This document shows, one piece after another, positions 63,888 through 64,000 of a DNA stretch of 64,000 bases. The notes beneath the pieces were generated by a model, which was given only the letters and a program-made list of their open reading frames with translations, had not been told where the DNA came from and made no database searches. This stretch comes from an uncultured Alphaproteobacteria bacterium (GTDB taxonomy: Bacteria > Pseudomonadota > Alphaproteobacteria > MPNO01 > DASWLB01): assembly GCA_963822575.1 (NCBI GenBank), contig CAWGHZ010000005.1, forward strand, positions 108,963 through 172,962. The letters are read 5' to 3'. The position numbers were made by a program, and so were the translations under genes. Each line of letters begins with the position of its first letter. Position 1 is the first letter of the stretch.

Positions 63888-64000
63888 CTACTCCGCCATG
63901 CCGCCGAGGGCAAGGGTTTCGGCGGGGACCGACTTCACCTCGTGCGCGTGCAGGAGCGGCAGCACGTCGCGGCCGAAGCGGCGGATCTCCTCCATCATCA
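63888..64000 (-). CDS. C-terminus of a probable LLM-class oxidoreductase (partial)
   Basis: MMEEIRRFGRDVLPLL...GGMAE then stop; the RRF...VLP ending is typical of LLM proteins. Confidence 0.55.
   Translation of the reverse strand, partial: MMEEIRRFGRDVLPLLHAHEVKSVPAETLALGGMAE

Overview
High-GC Alphaproteobacterial chromosome segment (Rhodospirillales-like gene content; taxonomy is inference). Core genes: lepA, coq7, addB/addA, purD, xseA, queA-queF-queG, prfB with its +1 frameshift, a cold-shock gene, rpmE and tRNA-Leu(CAA). A nearly complete exosortase A (XrtA)/PEP-CTERM exopolysaccharide locus lies at 4266-16153; its Wza-type export gene is displaced to 25676-26302 and a PEP-CTERM target sits at 57156-58445. 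Accessory genes include TRAP binding proteins, amidohydrolases including LigJ, an aldolase, GMC and LLM oxidoreductases and a CoA ligase. Non-coding DNA shows three sigma-54 promoters with IHF-like sites, three EcfG (general stress response) promoters, CtrA-like boxes, a TetR operator pair, a suhB/MmgR-like sRNA and a 10-bp phased repeat array. Best candidates for something undescribed: (i) a nitrite-reductase-like protein lacking its cofactor cysteines but keeping an NtrC/IHF/sigma-54 promoter, (ii) a Tat multicopper oxidase with one in-frame TGA followed by a SECIS-like hairpin, (iii) an EcfG-driven operon containing a rhodopsin-less ASRT protein, (iv) a 35-aa membrane protein with its own sigma-54/IHF promoter, (v) the phased ATGTCGCCTC array. 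Four small frameshifts, one in addB, suggest residual sequencing errors, which tempers the recoding hypothesis. No CRISPR array, integrase or transposase was seen. All family calls come from recalled motifs, not database searches.
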